Assembly (NCBI GenBank): GCA_017654855.1
Contig: CM030336.1
Coordinates: forward strand, 3,038,001 to 3,102,000
DNA: 64,000 nucleotides
From: Podospora anserina
Lineage: Eukaryota
Direction: 5' to 3'
The notes under the pieces were generated by a model, which made no database searches, was not told the origin of the DNA, and saw nothing but the letters and a program-made list of their open reading frames with translations. Within the stretch, counting starts at the first letter, position 1; each line of letters starts with the position of its first letter. This document shows, piece by piece, positions 49,518 through 60,912 of this stretch. Position numbers and translations under genes: made by a program.

Positions 49518-51065
49518 ATGGCGACAGACCTCGAAACGGGGCCACCACCCCCCGTCGCCGGACCAGAAAGAGACATTGACACAGATTCCTCCTCACCAAC
49601 CTCAAAATCACCACCAGTAAAGCCAACAAGAGAAAAGACGGATGGCGCCTCGACGACAGACACAGACTCGGACTCGGACGAAGACGTCGCCCCCCAACCG
49701 CTAGAAACAGGAGGCGTCATATCACGAACCATCAGCCGCCTGACCCGTCAAAGCACAAACTACGACCCCGGCCCTCCCCCCGACGGCGGCGTCAAAGCTT
49801 GGACTGCCGTGTTCTGTGCCCACCTCGTCATCACCAACACCTGGGGCATCATCAACTCCTTTGGCGTCTTCCAACCCTATTACACCACCACCCTCTCCCG
49901 CCCTCCATCCGACATATCCTGGGTTGGGTCAGTGCAAATCTTCCTGCTCTTCTTCATCGGCGCCATCACCGGCCGCCTCACAGACGCGGGTTTCTTCCGG
50001 CACATCTTCGCCCTGGGAACGGTGCTGCTCCTGCTGGGGACGTTTACCGTTTCCGCTGCGAGCACGTACACCCAGGTCTTTCTCAGCCAGGGGATATGCA
50101 TGGGCCTGGGGATGGGGTGTCTGTTCTGCCCGAGCATCTCGACAGTGAGCACGTACTTTGACAAGAGGCGGGCGATTGCGCTGGCGGTTGCGGCCTGTGG
50201 CAGTGCGACGGGTGGGTTGATCTTCCCCAGCATGGTGCGCGAGCTGCTGCCCAAGGTTGGGTTTGGGTGGACGATGAGGAGCATTGGGTTCATCCAGCTT
50301 TTGACCTTGGGGGTGGGCTGTGTGTTTTTGAAGCCGAGGATCAAGCCGAGGAAGTCGGGGCCGTTGATTGATTTGGCGGCTTGGAAGGAGGGGGAGTATG
50401 TCATGTATGCGTTAGGGGCTTTTACTGTGAGTTTTGATTGAAAACGCCCCTTGGGAATAGCACAAGACAATGGAAGAGAGCTGACATCAGACAAGTGCTT
50501 TATTGGGTTGTACTTTCCGTTCTATTACGTGGCGTCGTTTAGCAGGGACATCATTGGGCTGGACTTCACCGAGAGCTTGAATCTGTTGCTGGTGATGAAC
50601 GGCGTGGGAGTGATCGGGAGACTAGGCCCGAACGCCGTTGCCGACCGAGTTGGACCTCTCAAGGTCTTTGTTCCTGTGGCGGGACTCTGCGGCGTGTGTG
50701 TCATCTGCTGGATGGCTGTGAAAGATGTGGCGGGCCTCTATGTGTGGTCTTGCTTCTACGGGATGGTCGCCGGTGGTATTCAGAGTCTGTTCCCGGCCGG
50801 ACTGAGCAGTCTCAACACCGACGTGCGGAAAGCCGGTGTGAGGATCGGGATGGTGTTTACGACGGTCAGTTTTGCAACCCTGGCAGGCCCGCCAATTGCC
50901 GGTGCCATCATCACAGCTTGTGATGGGGACTACTGGGGTGCGCAGGTTTTTGCCGGGACAACGTTGCTCATTGGAATGGTGCTTGTCGCGGCCTCCTTTG
51001 TCATCAAGAGCAGGAAGATGATGGCTGAAACTGGGGCAACATCCATGTGGAGCGTCAAGGCGTGA
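49518..51065 (+). CDS. MFS monocarboxylate-type transporter (MCH4/5-like)
   Basis: PPPDGGVKAW, NTWGIINSFGVFQ, ISWVGSVQ, GRLTDAG, YFDKRRAIA, FGWTMR, ADRVGP, GPPIAGAII. One intron ~50427-50494. Confidence 0.93.
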
Positions 51066-52097
51066 GTGAGAGGCAAAACACGGGCGGGCAGGCAATGCGC
51101 CTACCTTTGCTCACATGTATATACAAACCATGATCTACGTAACCGCATGTTGACGCCGCTGCCAGGGGCTTTTCCTTCCCCATATCTACCGAAAAGAGCA
51201 AGGCATCATGTGGCGAACTTTGCCCACTGTCAGTTCTATTCCGTCGCTTGATGCCGCGGCTGTCAAGGTCAAGTTGCTCGCCCAGTGCGACGTGAACACT
51301 ACTATTCCACGAATCAGAAACAACCCCTGTAGCGCGCCTATGTCGATGCTGGGATCAGCTTCTGAACTTGTACAAATCCGGCAAGTCGTCCAAGAAAGTG
51401 CCATAAGCGAGTTTGGCACCCACGTACCTGGTTCACTCAAAGTTGAGATGGTTCCGTTCTTACCTGATCGAGTATGTGAGGTTGTATTGGTGCGACACTT
51501 GTGGAGGATAGAGTCGGACTCGGACCGACAAGTATCCTGCAAACTGGAGTCTGCGAGAGCCTCAAGTCTCCGGAAAGATCACGGTAAATCGGTAAATGGA
51601 AAGGTCGGCAGAGCTGAAAGGTGAGGCTTTGTTTGAAACATTAAAGCAGACCAAGCTTTGCCTTGAATCACTTCTCTGCCGTCCGAATCTCTTGTCACCA
51701 GCGGAGACACGGGTTGCGACAGCACGGACAAAAGAAGGAATCAGGACCACAGTCTACATGTTCACCGTTCGCTCATAGATTTGGTTGATGCAATGAAGTA
51801 GTCCATCGCGCAAAGGCTCCTCTACCCGGAACTCTGCGCAAGCCAAGCCGAGGCCAAGCCCACAGAAGATTCGGTCGGTGGATTTCCGGGACTAACACCA
51901 TGTCGCCAAGGTCCTCCGATAGGCGCGGCTACCACAACAGCACGCGCCGGCGTACTTGTTCCATTAGGAAGTATTCGGAGTGTACTCCGTTCAACGACAA
52001 CCGAAGCATATAATGGACAAGGCGTCCCTTGAGGCTTCGTTATCCTGTGTCTACTGCCTTGTCCGTCTTTCAGTACAGCCTTGTTGGAGCAGCAATC

Positions 52098-53458
52098 ATG
52101 CAGACTCTCGCCTTTGTTCTCGCTATCGCCCCGGCGACTGTCCTTGCCCAGTCCCCTCTCTGGGGCCAGTGTATGTGACAGCCTTTGTGACAACCTTCCT
52201 CAAACAATTTCTGCTCGACCAACTAACTTGTCTTGTTTCCAACAGGCGGCGGTCAGGGCTGGACGGGTCCCACTACCTGCGTTTCTGGCTCAGTCTGCCA
52301 GAAGACCAAGTACGTAACACCTCTCACAACCAGAGAGTTGCTCCCTTCCCCGAAGGCCATCACTAACAAGTTTCTCTCACAGCGACTGGTACTCCCAGTG
52401 TGTGCCCGGATCCGGAGGAGGCAACCCTGCTCCCACCACACCCACCACTCCTACTCCTACCAACGGCGGCGGCGGCGGTGGCGGTGGAAATAGCTTGCAC
52501 GAAAAGTTCAAGGCCAAGGGGAAGCTCTTCTTCGGAACCGAGATCGACCACTACCACCTGAACAACAACCCGTTGACCACGATCGTCAAGAACACCTTTG
52601 GTCAAATCACCCACGAGAACAGCATGAAGTGGGATGCCATTGAACGTGAGTGTCCTTTTTTTTCTTCTGGAAGAGCTGGCTCAAGCTAACTTGTCCATCA
52701 CAGCGAGCCGCAATCAGTTCAGCTTCTCCAACGCCGACGCTGTCGTCAACTTTGCTACCGCCAACGGGAAGCTCATTCGTGGCCACACTCTCCTCTGGCA
52801 CTCTCAATTGCCACAGTGGGTGCAGAACATCAACGACCGCAACACGCTGACGCAGGTCATCGAAAACCATGTCACCACTATGGTCACCCGCTACAAGGGC
52901 AAGATCGCCCACTGGGACGTCGTCAACGAGATCTTTGCCGAAGACGGCTCCCTCCGCAACAGCGTCTTCAGCCGCGTTCTCGGCGAGGACTTTGTCGGCA
53001 TCGCCTTCCGCGCTGCCCGTGCCGCCGATCCCGCCGCCAAGCTCTACATCAACGACTACAACCTCGACAATGCCAACTACGCCAAGGTCACCCGTGGCAT
53101 GGTCGAAAAGGTCAACAAGTGGGTCGCCCAGGGCATTCCCATCGACGGCATCGGCTCCCAGGCTCACTTGGCTGCCCCCGGCGGATGGAACCCTGCCTCC
53201 GGTGTCCCCGCTGCCCTGAGGGCTCTCGCTGCGGCCAACGTCAAGGAGATTGCCGTCACCGAGCTCGACATTGCCGGTGCCTCGGCCAACGATTACCTCA
53301 CCGTCATGAACGCCTGTCTCCAAATCCCCAAGTGCGTTGGCATTACCGTCTGGGGTGTTTCGGACAAGGACAGCTGGAGGTCCAGTGACAACCCGCTCCT
53401 CTTTGACCGCAACTACCAGCCAAAGGCGGCATACAATGCCTTGATGAACGCCTTGTAA
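52098..53458 (+). CDS. GH10 endo-1,4-beta-xylanase with N-terminal CBM1
   Basis: Signal; CBM1 [35 protein letters not shown] linker; [17 protein letters not shown], catalytic WDVVNE and TELDI, NDYN, GITVWG. Three introns. Confidence 0.97.
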
Positions 53459-53815
53459 GGGACATGTGGTACTCATTCGAGTTGTGGATTTCGGGGGCAA
53501 CATACGATGGCGATGGGATTGAACAGTGTGTGTATATATGGAAAGCTTCGAGGCACCTCGTTTTAGAAGCGTAGGTACCTAGACTTCAATCTGATCGTTT
53601 CTACAGTTCGTCGTTGTGTCATGTGAAAGGTGTCTGATGTGCACATGTGCAGTTAAATTACCTAGGTCAACACCCAGTCACCGGTTTTCTGAGTCACCAA
53701 TCGTTGGGAGGGCCCCTTTTGAACCCCGCCTTCCCCTGCATTCTATAACTGCATCATGTCTTTCCAACCTACATCACACTTTGACCCAGGTCTCAACCTC
53801 TTCAAAACGGAAACA

Positions 53816-55835
53816 ATGGCAGCACAGGGAACCTGTCCTCCCAGACCCCAGGAAACGAAACATTCTCATTACCAGCGCCCTTCCATACATCAACAATGTG
53901 CCGCACCTTGGCAACATCATCGGGTCAGTCCTTTCAGCCGACACGTTTGCGCGGTACAGCAGAGCGCGCGGCTTCAACTCACTTTACATTGGTGGTGAGC
54001 TTGACTTCTCGGTCTGGTGCCCGTACCCGTTTGCTGACTCGCTCCATAATCAGGTACCGACGAATACGGAACCACCACCGAGGCCCGAGCCCTAGTTGAG
54101 AACTGCACCCTGCAAGAGCTTTGCGACAAATACTACGCGATTCACGCTGCAGTCTACAAGTGGTTCAGCATCAGCTTCGACATCTTTGGTCGCACCACAA
54201 CACCGCTGCAAACGGAAATCACCCAAGATATCTTCCTGAAGCTCAAGGACAATGGTTTTCTCGAGGAACGCATGACAACCCAGCTCTACTGTGAGCAGCA
54301 CCATTTGTTTCTCGCTGATCGCTTCGTCGAAGGCGAGTGTCCTGATTGTGGCTATGTCGATGCTCGTGGAGACCAGTGCGACCTATGCGGTAAACTTCTC
54401 GAGTCCCTGGAGCTTATTCGCCCGCGCTGCAAGGTGGACGGTTCTGTACCAGTTACCAAAGAGACCAAGCATATCTTCTTGGAGCTGGATAAGCTCCAGC
54501 CAGAGGTGGAGGCTTTCTTCCAGGAGTCAGCTGCTAAAGGCGCGTGGTCTAGCAATGGAACATCAATCACAGCAGCGTGGCTCAAGGAAGGACTACAGCC
54601 GCGAAGCATTACGAGGGACCTCAAATGGGGCACTCCGGTGCCCACGAGTTTGGAAGGCTATGAAGAGAAGGTTATCTACTCGTGGTTTGATGCTTGGCAA
54701 GTTGAAATCCTGTTCCACTGTTGACTCTGGAAAACTGTGCTCCTTGCTAACTGACGACAGCATCGGTTACGTATCGATCACAGCCAATTACACCGACCAA
54801 TGGGAGAAGTGGTGGCGCAGCCCAGACGACGTGCAGCTCTACCAATTCATGGGCAAAGACAACGTTGTCTACCACAGCATCATCTTTCCCGCCACCAAAA
54901 TCGGAACGCACGAACCCTGGACAAAGCTCCATCACCTCTCCACCACCGATTACCTCACCTACGAAGGCGGGAAATTCTCCAAGTCTCGAGGAATTGGCGT
55001 CTTTGGTGATTCTGCGAGAGAAACCGAGGTGCCCTCAGACATTTGGCGGTTTTATCTCCTCTACTGCAGGCCCGAGACTGGTGACAGCGAGTTCACCTGG
55101 GACGGCTTCATCAGCGCCAACAACAATCTCCTCCTCAAGAACCTAGGCAACTTTGTCAGCCGTGTCGTCAAGTTTATCAACTCGCGTCACTTCAACAATG
55201 TGGTGCCTGACTGGACACAATATGGCGAGCCTTCCTTCGATGCATTCAAAGCAGATATCAACCAGCTACTGGCACAATACATCCAAGAGCTTGACGGGGT
55301 TAAGCTCCGTGCCGGACTGTTGACAGCGCTCCAGATTTCTCAGCGTGGAAATGGCTTCCTCCAGGCGAGTAAACTTGACAACAGTCTGTACGAGATCCAA
55401 CCTGCCAAAAGCGCCGCCGTCATCGGTCTTGCAATCAATCTGGTCCACCTGTTGGCCTCTCTCATTTCCCCTTACATGCCCACCACAGCCGCAGCTATCA
55501 ACTCACAGCTTCGTGCCAACGCACTGCCTATTCTCGAGGAATGGACTGCCGATTCAATCAGACCGGGACATGAGATCAGTTTGTCACAGCATCTCTTCTC
55601 CCGAATCAAACCCGAGAAAGCAGAGGAGTGGCGACAGAAATATGGCAGCGAGGAGGCCAAGAAGCTGAAAGAGGAGGAGGCTGCATTGAAGGCGAATAAG
55701 ACTTCGAAAAAGAAGAAGGGGGGTGCTGCTAAAAAAGCGGGAGGTGCCTCTGCTGTCCAGCCTTCCATGACAGAGGATGATGTTGCAAGTACAGTTTCGA
55801 CGGAGGCAGCTTTGGACGGCCCGAAACTGAATTGA
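53816..55835 (+). CDS. Cytosolic-type methionyl-tRNA synthetase (apparent 1-nt frameshift at codon 5; may be a pseudogene or a sequence error)
   Basis: [16 protein letters not shown] (HIGH), TDEYG, zinc knuckle [36 protein letters not shown] (KMSKS). Introns 53995-54053 and 54697-54760 (GC-AG). Confidence 0.92.
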
Positions 55836-56151
55836 AGCTTTCTTTTTGGCGTTGGATAGAATGTAGATTATCAAACACATTTTAGACGGAATTACATAGT
55901 AAGAATGGTTCATAGTCAAAAGTGAGGAGAAAGGTCACGGGCGTATCCTGTTGTTATTGCTGAGTTTGGATTCCAGGCAGTTCACTTGAGCATGTAATTG
56001 GACTCGTGATGGTGTCTGACCAAAATAAAGTCATCCAAAAGTGCGTTCCAAGACAACCCAAGTATTGTGTCCGTGACGTGCCATTCAATCCTACCTTGCC
56101 CTATTTTCTGTCCCTCCACAGTATCTTGGGCGAAGCAAGACAAGCACTGTA

Positions 56152-58026
56152 TCATCGCAGTCTTTGATGAGTCTTACTCTCCTCATTGTCAATACTGTTA
56201 TACCGAATTGCCCCCTCGGGTGGCCGCAACCCCCGCGCCTCCGAACGCTCTCCCAGGAACTCTTCCGGACTCAAACCTTCGGCGTCGGCTTTCAAGTTGG
56301 CAAACTCCTCGAGGGCCGCGCAGTACGGCAGCGGCTCCTCTCGGTCCCCAGCGTCAGGATCCCAGTCCTCAAACCATTCCCAAGGGTCATCCCCGTATGC
56401 CACCCGGCCGTCGCGAGATATAAAACTCCACCGTTCCGTTTTATGTCCACGAACCGTTCCTCCCTCAGGGACCGGGAAAGCAAATACCAAGCCACGGATT
56501 TTGTGGCCGGGGACGTGAAAGTATCGTCCCCATGCCCATCTTGGCGCAGTGCGCCGGCGGTGTTCGACGCTGTCATCCTCCGAGCTTCTCTCGCTCGCGC
56601 CGCAGTCGTCTTCGCTTCTCGTGTGTGTGGAGATGAAGACGTGGTTGTAGGGATTGACCGCATCGTGTACCCGCCGGTCATCGTCGTTGACAGGTGCTTG
56701 ACCTCGCAAATATCGGAGCAGAGCAGCTTCCGTGACAAACTCTGTCCTAAGCAAGCCATTGCCAAAACCTGACGATTCGGGGTTTATTAGGGCTTCGTCC
56801 CCGACCTCTGAGACACCATCACCGGTGTCATCGTAGACGTCCCCCAACAGAGATGTTTCGCCATACGCCACCTCTTCATTCCGAACTATCTGTATAGACT
56901 CTAACTGGAGCCCCTGGATTTGAGCCATGTCTCGTATCTGTTGCGAAGAGACAGGGATGTTATCGAGGCAGAGATGGCGCAGCGAGGTGGCGTTAGCCTT
57001 GATGAGTTGCGGCAAGAGGTCTGGTGAGGGAATCATGGAGGACAGGCTCAAGGACCGCAGAGCGAATTGACCGTTGCCGAGCCACTTGAGCATGGTGCCT
57101 CCAAGAGTCCAGGCTTGAGAATAGTGTTCGACCGACGTTGAGTCGACGTCCATGCTAAGCTTGAACTGACGTAGGCTTGGCGCTGCATTCAACAGTGCCG
57201 TTTCTAGTCCCGCCAACGCATCGCCGGGAAAACCCCTCCTCATCCACTCCATCATGATTATCTCGAGTGATTCCAGGCCTTTGAATGCCGAGTCCGGAAA
57301 CGGGCGGGAAAAGGTACAGCTGGGGAACTCGTCATGCCAGCGCAGGTTTGCCACGGCCGATGTCGGTCTACCCATGACGGGGAGGAGGAAGAGAAAAAGT
57401 CCATCATTTGTTTCGGGGTTATCCTCAGTCTCATTTTGGAGGATTTGAAAGTGACAAGCGCTGATGGGATACTCCAGATCGGGCAAAGTCCTTTGCGAGG
57501 TCATGGGACGTGAGACAAAAGTCTGTAGGTTGGGCAAATTGTCGACAGCTGCTTCGAAAATGGGACGGAACGAGGCAATAGTATTCTCCCGCGTAGCGGC
57601 AATCGCATCATAGTCGACGCCATCCCGCGAGGGAACTGCGGGGGTGTTGAATAGCCAGAACAGGGATGTAGATGCAGTTTCCATGTGCTGATGTAGAGCG
57701 TCGAGGACGCCAAGTTCCTTGCCGTCCTCAAGGTATATCTTGGCGATAGTTTTGTTTTTGTTGCCGAAGTCACCGGGGGCGTAGCGAACCTCAAGCCACT
57801 CGACTTCCCTCACGTGCTGAACTAGGTGAGGACTGTTGCAAATAGCGAGAAACGCGTCGCGGTCGGCAATGAGTTTGGATATGTAGATGCGGAAGAAGAG
57901 CCGGCTGGCGGCGACCGGGGCGAGGGCACGGCAGCTGAGTCTCAGGGCTTGGACGTCGTATTGGTCAAGTCGGTCGCTCCATACGATGGATAGCAGCAAC
58001 TCGGCCGGCAGCGACAAAATGTACAT
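56152..58026 (-). CDS. F-box-like protein with LRR-like middle and Trp/Asp-rich C-terminal domain
   Basis: MYILSLPAELLLSIV..LDQYDVQALRLSCRAL..VAASRLF; LRSLSL, LRHLCL; C-terminal YGDDPWEWFEDWDPDAGD. Intronless, 624 aa. Confidence 0.75.
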   Translation of the reverse strand: MYILSLPAELLLSIVWSDRLDQYDVQALRLSCRALAPVAASRLFFRIYISKLIADRDAFLAICNSPHLVQHVREVEWLEVRYAPGDFGNKNKTIAKIYLEDGKELGVLDALHQHMETASTSLFWLFNTPAVPSRDGVDYDAIAATRENTIASFRPIFEAAVDNLPNLQTFVSRPMTSQRTLPDLEYPISACHFQILQNETEDNPETNDGLFLFLLPVMGRPTSAVANLRWHDEFPSCTFSRPFPDSAFKGLESLEIIMMEWMRRGFPGDALAGLETALLNAAPSLRQFKLSMDVDSTSVEHYSQAWTLGGTMLKWLGNGQFALRSLSLSSMIPSPDLLPQLIKANATSLRHLCLDNIPVSSQQIRDMAQIQGLQLESIQIVRNEEVAYGETSLLGDVYDDTGDGVSEVGDEALINPESSGFGNGLLRTEFVTEAALLRYLRGQAPVNDDDRRVHDAVNPYNHVFISTHTRSEDDCGASERSSEDDSVEHRRRTAPRWAWGRYFHVPGHKIRGLVFAFPVPEGGTVRGHKTERWSFISRDGRVAYGDDPWEWFEDWDPDAGDREEPLPYCAALEEFANLKADAEGLSPEEFLGERSEARGLRPPEGAIRYNSIDNEESKTHQRLR

Positions 58027-58435
58027 CTTTTCTGGCGGTACTGGTTCCCTTCTCACTTGTGTTGACCGCTGCTTTCGCGACTTTATGGTTGGATGATGCG
58101 TGACGGCATGGGGGTTTAGTGTGCATTTCAGCTGGGGAAAGACGTACCTCGAGCTTCGGACGAACCCCGGATGAACGCCTCTGGACAGGCCTCCAACCCC
58201 TGCATTCCATTGCCCAGACATAGTTGGCCGGGCAGGCATATTCGCCCAGGCATACTCTCACCCAGGCATATTTGCCCAGACAGACGGAAAAGCACTGTAG
58301 ATAAAAGTTGTAGCGATCAGTCAAACCAACTAGTTCACATATTTATTGATTTGTACTACAGGCTCTAAATTCTCGTCCACAATAGGGCAAGTCCTGGAGC
58401 TATCTGCATAGATACCTAGCAATTTAATCTAGTTA

Positions 58436-60040
58436 CTAATGCGGAGGGCGGATCGCATCCTCACAGGTCCAACACGCCCCTCCTGTGCAAGACGCATCGA
58501 ATTTGGCCTTTTGAGGATACGGGCACACTACCCTAGCCTCAGTCGTGCCATCCAACCTAGTCACATTCACGGGCGAAGCCTCAGGAGCAATGCCCTGCTC
58601 GACCCAAGCCCGCAGTTGTCCCAACAGCTCGAGGGGGTTTCCACTCGGGCCGCCAAAGCAATGCTCAAGACCAGGGACTTCGTAATGTCGGTAGAACTCC
58701 TGTGTCTCCGACACAATAGCAGACACATCCTGATAATACCGCTCGGTGGCCTTGGGGGACAAAAGCTGATCGATCAGCCCATGCCAGCTGATCAACTTGC
58801 CGCCTTGTCTCTTGAACTCAGCCAAGTCTGTGTCGTCTGTTTCGAGCAAAGAACCAAAGTCCTGTTTGGTGGCTTTCACATAGCGATCCAGCTCCCTGTG
58901 AGTCATGTTGGAAACATCCGCCGTCGAGCTCTTCTCAACAAACAACTCAAACCAGTCCTTCCCAAGCGGGTTTGCCCTTCCAACACACCTCTCCTCGGTA
59001 CAATTCGTCGCCACAATCCCAGACCCGTTCACAGTCAAATCACTCCCCGGCACAAGCCCATACCACACCTTCCTCCCATCCACCCTCTCCCTCCCATGCC
59101 AAGTCTTGTTCACCACCGCCGCCGCCGCCTCCGTGATCGTGATCACCCTCCCTCCCAACTGAGCACACTCAACCTCCCTCCCCACCATCCCAAACGGATC
59201 AAACACCCCCAAACACCCCTCCACCTCTTGCACAATCCCATCCACCACCCCATCCAACCCATCACACTGCTTCGTGGCCTCCTCCCCAATAGCATCAACC
59301 TCACAACCGAACGGCCACTCCCCCCCCTCATTCATCACCACCTGCGGCCACTGAAACCCGCCCATCGCCTCACTCCAATACACCGCCGGCGCCCCGGCAA
59401 CAATCCCGTCAAACAAGCCCGGAAACCTCTGCGCAAGTACCATCCCTTGCCTCCCGCCCTGGGAACACCCATTGAAGTAGCTGTATTCCGGCCCCTTTCC
59501 GTAAAAAGCCTTGATGATTTCTTTACCTATCAAGCCCATATCGCCAAGACTTGCGCTCCCCAGATTGAGGAGGTTATACAAGTTCACATTTCCCTCGCTT
59601 AGCAGCGCCCACCGACGGGCGGTGGTGTCGGACCCGAGGCCGGCGTCGGTGGTGATGGTTGCGTAGCCTTCTCCTAGGCCGCCTTGCATGCCGGCGTAGG
59701 AGAGGTCGAAGCGGCCGGCTTGGTAGCCGCCTCCTCCTACGGCTAGGAGGCGGGAGTTCCAGGGGTTGGTGGGGTTGGTGGTGAGGTTGGATGATGATGA
59801 GGCGGCGGGCAGCCAGGTTTCGATGATGATGCTGTCGTTTTGGCCTGGGTGGGTGTAGGTTAGGGTGATGTTGCAGAAGGAGAGGTTGGTGTAGGCGATT
59901 GCGGGGGCGGTGAGGCGGTAGATGGCTGGGACGGAGGCAGAGTAGTTGGTTACCGGGGTGGTGGTAAGGGAGAGGAGGGAGGCGGAGATGGGGAGGGGGA
60001 GGGAGAAGAAGGTGGTGGGGTTGCAGAGGTGAAGGGACAT
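58436..60040 (-). CDS. Tannase/feruloyl esterase family hydrolase
   Basis: FCNITLTYTHPG, WNSRLLAVGGGG, GYATITTDAG, SYFNGCSQGGRQG (nucleophile), GGKLISWHG, PGLEHC, WVEQGIAP, CPYPQ. Confidence 0.93.
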   Translation of the reverse strand: MSLHLCNPTTFFSLPLPISASLLSLTTTPVTNYSASVPAIYRLTAPAIAYTNLSFCNITLTYTHPGQNDSIIIETWLPAASSSSNLTTNPTNPWNSRLLAVGGGGYQAGRFDLSYAGMQGGLGEGYATITTDAGLGSDTTARRWALLSEGNVNLYNLLNLGSASLGDMGLIGKEIIKAFYGKGPEYSYFNGCSQGGRQGMVLAQRFPGLFDGIVAGAPAVYWSEAMGGFQWPQVVMNEGGEWPFGCEVDAIGEEATKQCDGLDGVVDGIVQEVEGCLGVFDPFGMVGREVECAQLGGRVITITEAAAAVVNKTWHGRERVDGRKVWYGLVPGSDLTVNGSGIVATNCTEERCVGRANPLGKDWFELFVEKSSTADVSNMTHRELDRYVKATKQDFGSLLETDDTDLAEFKRQGGKLISWHGLIDQLLSPKATERYYQDVSAIVSETQEFYRHYEVPGLEHCFGGPSGNPLELLGQLRAWVEQGIAPEASPVNVTRLDGTTEARVVCPYPQKAKFDASCTGGACWTCEDAIRPPH

Positions 60041-60912
60041 GGTGGTGATGAGAGATGTCAAGTTGGTACGGTGGTGAAGTGATGATGAGAGTTGGGAATA
60101 AAGAGAGGAGGTTCAATTTATAGACGGGTCATGTAGGCAGGTATCCGCTCACCATGGCGATCGACTGACACGGCAGATCAAAGTTCCGTGTGAATATGAC
60201 TGCTGAAAGTTCCATGCAAATATGGCTGTGCATCGCCTCCATGCGGCTCGTTATCACATCCAAAAGCAGTTCTACACCACGCGTCGAGGTGAGGTTGATT
60301 GAGCATGTTCAGGGAACTCACAGCGCAGGTTCATGTTGTCATTGAAGCATGGAGAGTGATCCTGTCGGGGGGCTGCTAATTCCGAGCAGTCCGAGGCAAA
60401 TAATACACCGCGGAGAGCGCATAATCCTTCTGGTTTTGGTTTGGTGGGTTCTAGGTTGTAATGCATGTTGGTTCACGGCTCGGATGTGTAACGCGAGACG
60501 GCTTGACAACATTTCCGGCCACCGAGTGGCTCCAGGTGAAGATGACCTCGGGAAGTTCGTCCGCGGCAGACATTGCTCAGCGGCTTTGTCATGGTTCAGG
60601 CTGTTGAGGCAATAGGGAGCCTTGGGAATATGTGCTGCCCTTGTCAACTTCTTCGTGACAGCAGCTCACCAGGAGAGGAAGACCTAGCAAAATGCTAGCC
60701 CTGCATATATGGGGCGTGCGGCCGGAATAACTTGTCGGACATCATCGACATTCCCCGCCAGGAAAAGTGCCCGCCAACAAACCTGTGAATGGCACCCTAC
60801 AAAGACCCACTCACTGTGCTGCCTAAACCACTAGAGAAAAAGGCACCTAGCCTGTCATAAGAGGACCAAGACCCCGATTGCTGTTCATCATTCGCGTATC
60901 GACACAACAGCA

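Noticed and set aside
51780-52097. XlnR site in the xylanase promoter
   Set aside because: No exact GGCTAA/GGCTAG found by eye; only near matches.
52607-53503. 298-aa minus-strand ORF
   Set aside because: Antisense shadow of the GH10 xylanase.
58439-59602. 387-aa plus-strand His/Pro-rich ORF
   Set aside because: Antisense to the tannase gene; its composition reflects the G-rich sense strand.
36900-60040. Secondary-metabolite cluster (methyltransferase, MFS, esterase, extra MetRS)
   Set aside because: No PKS, NRPS, terpene synthase or RiPP precursor in the window, and the genes are interspersed with unrelated loci.
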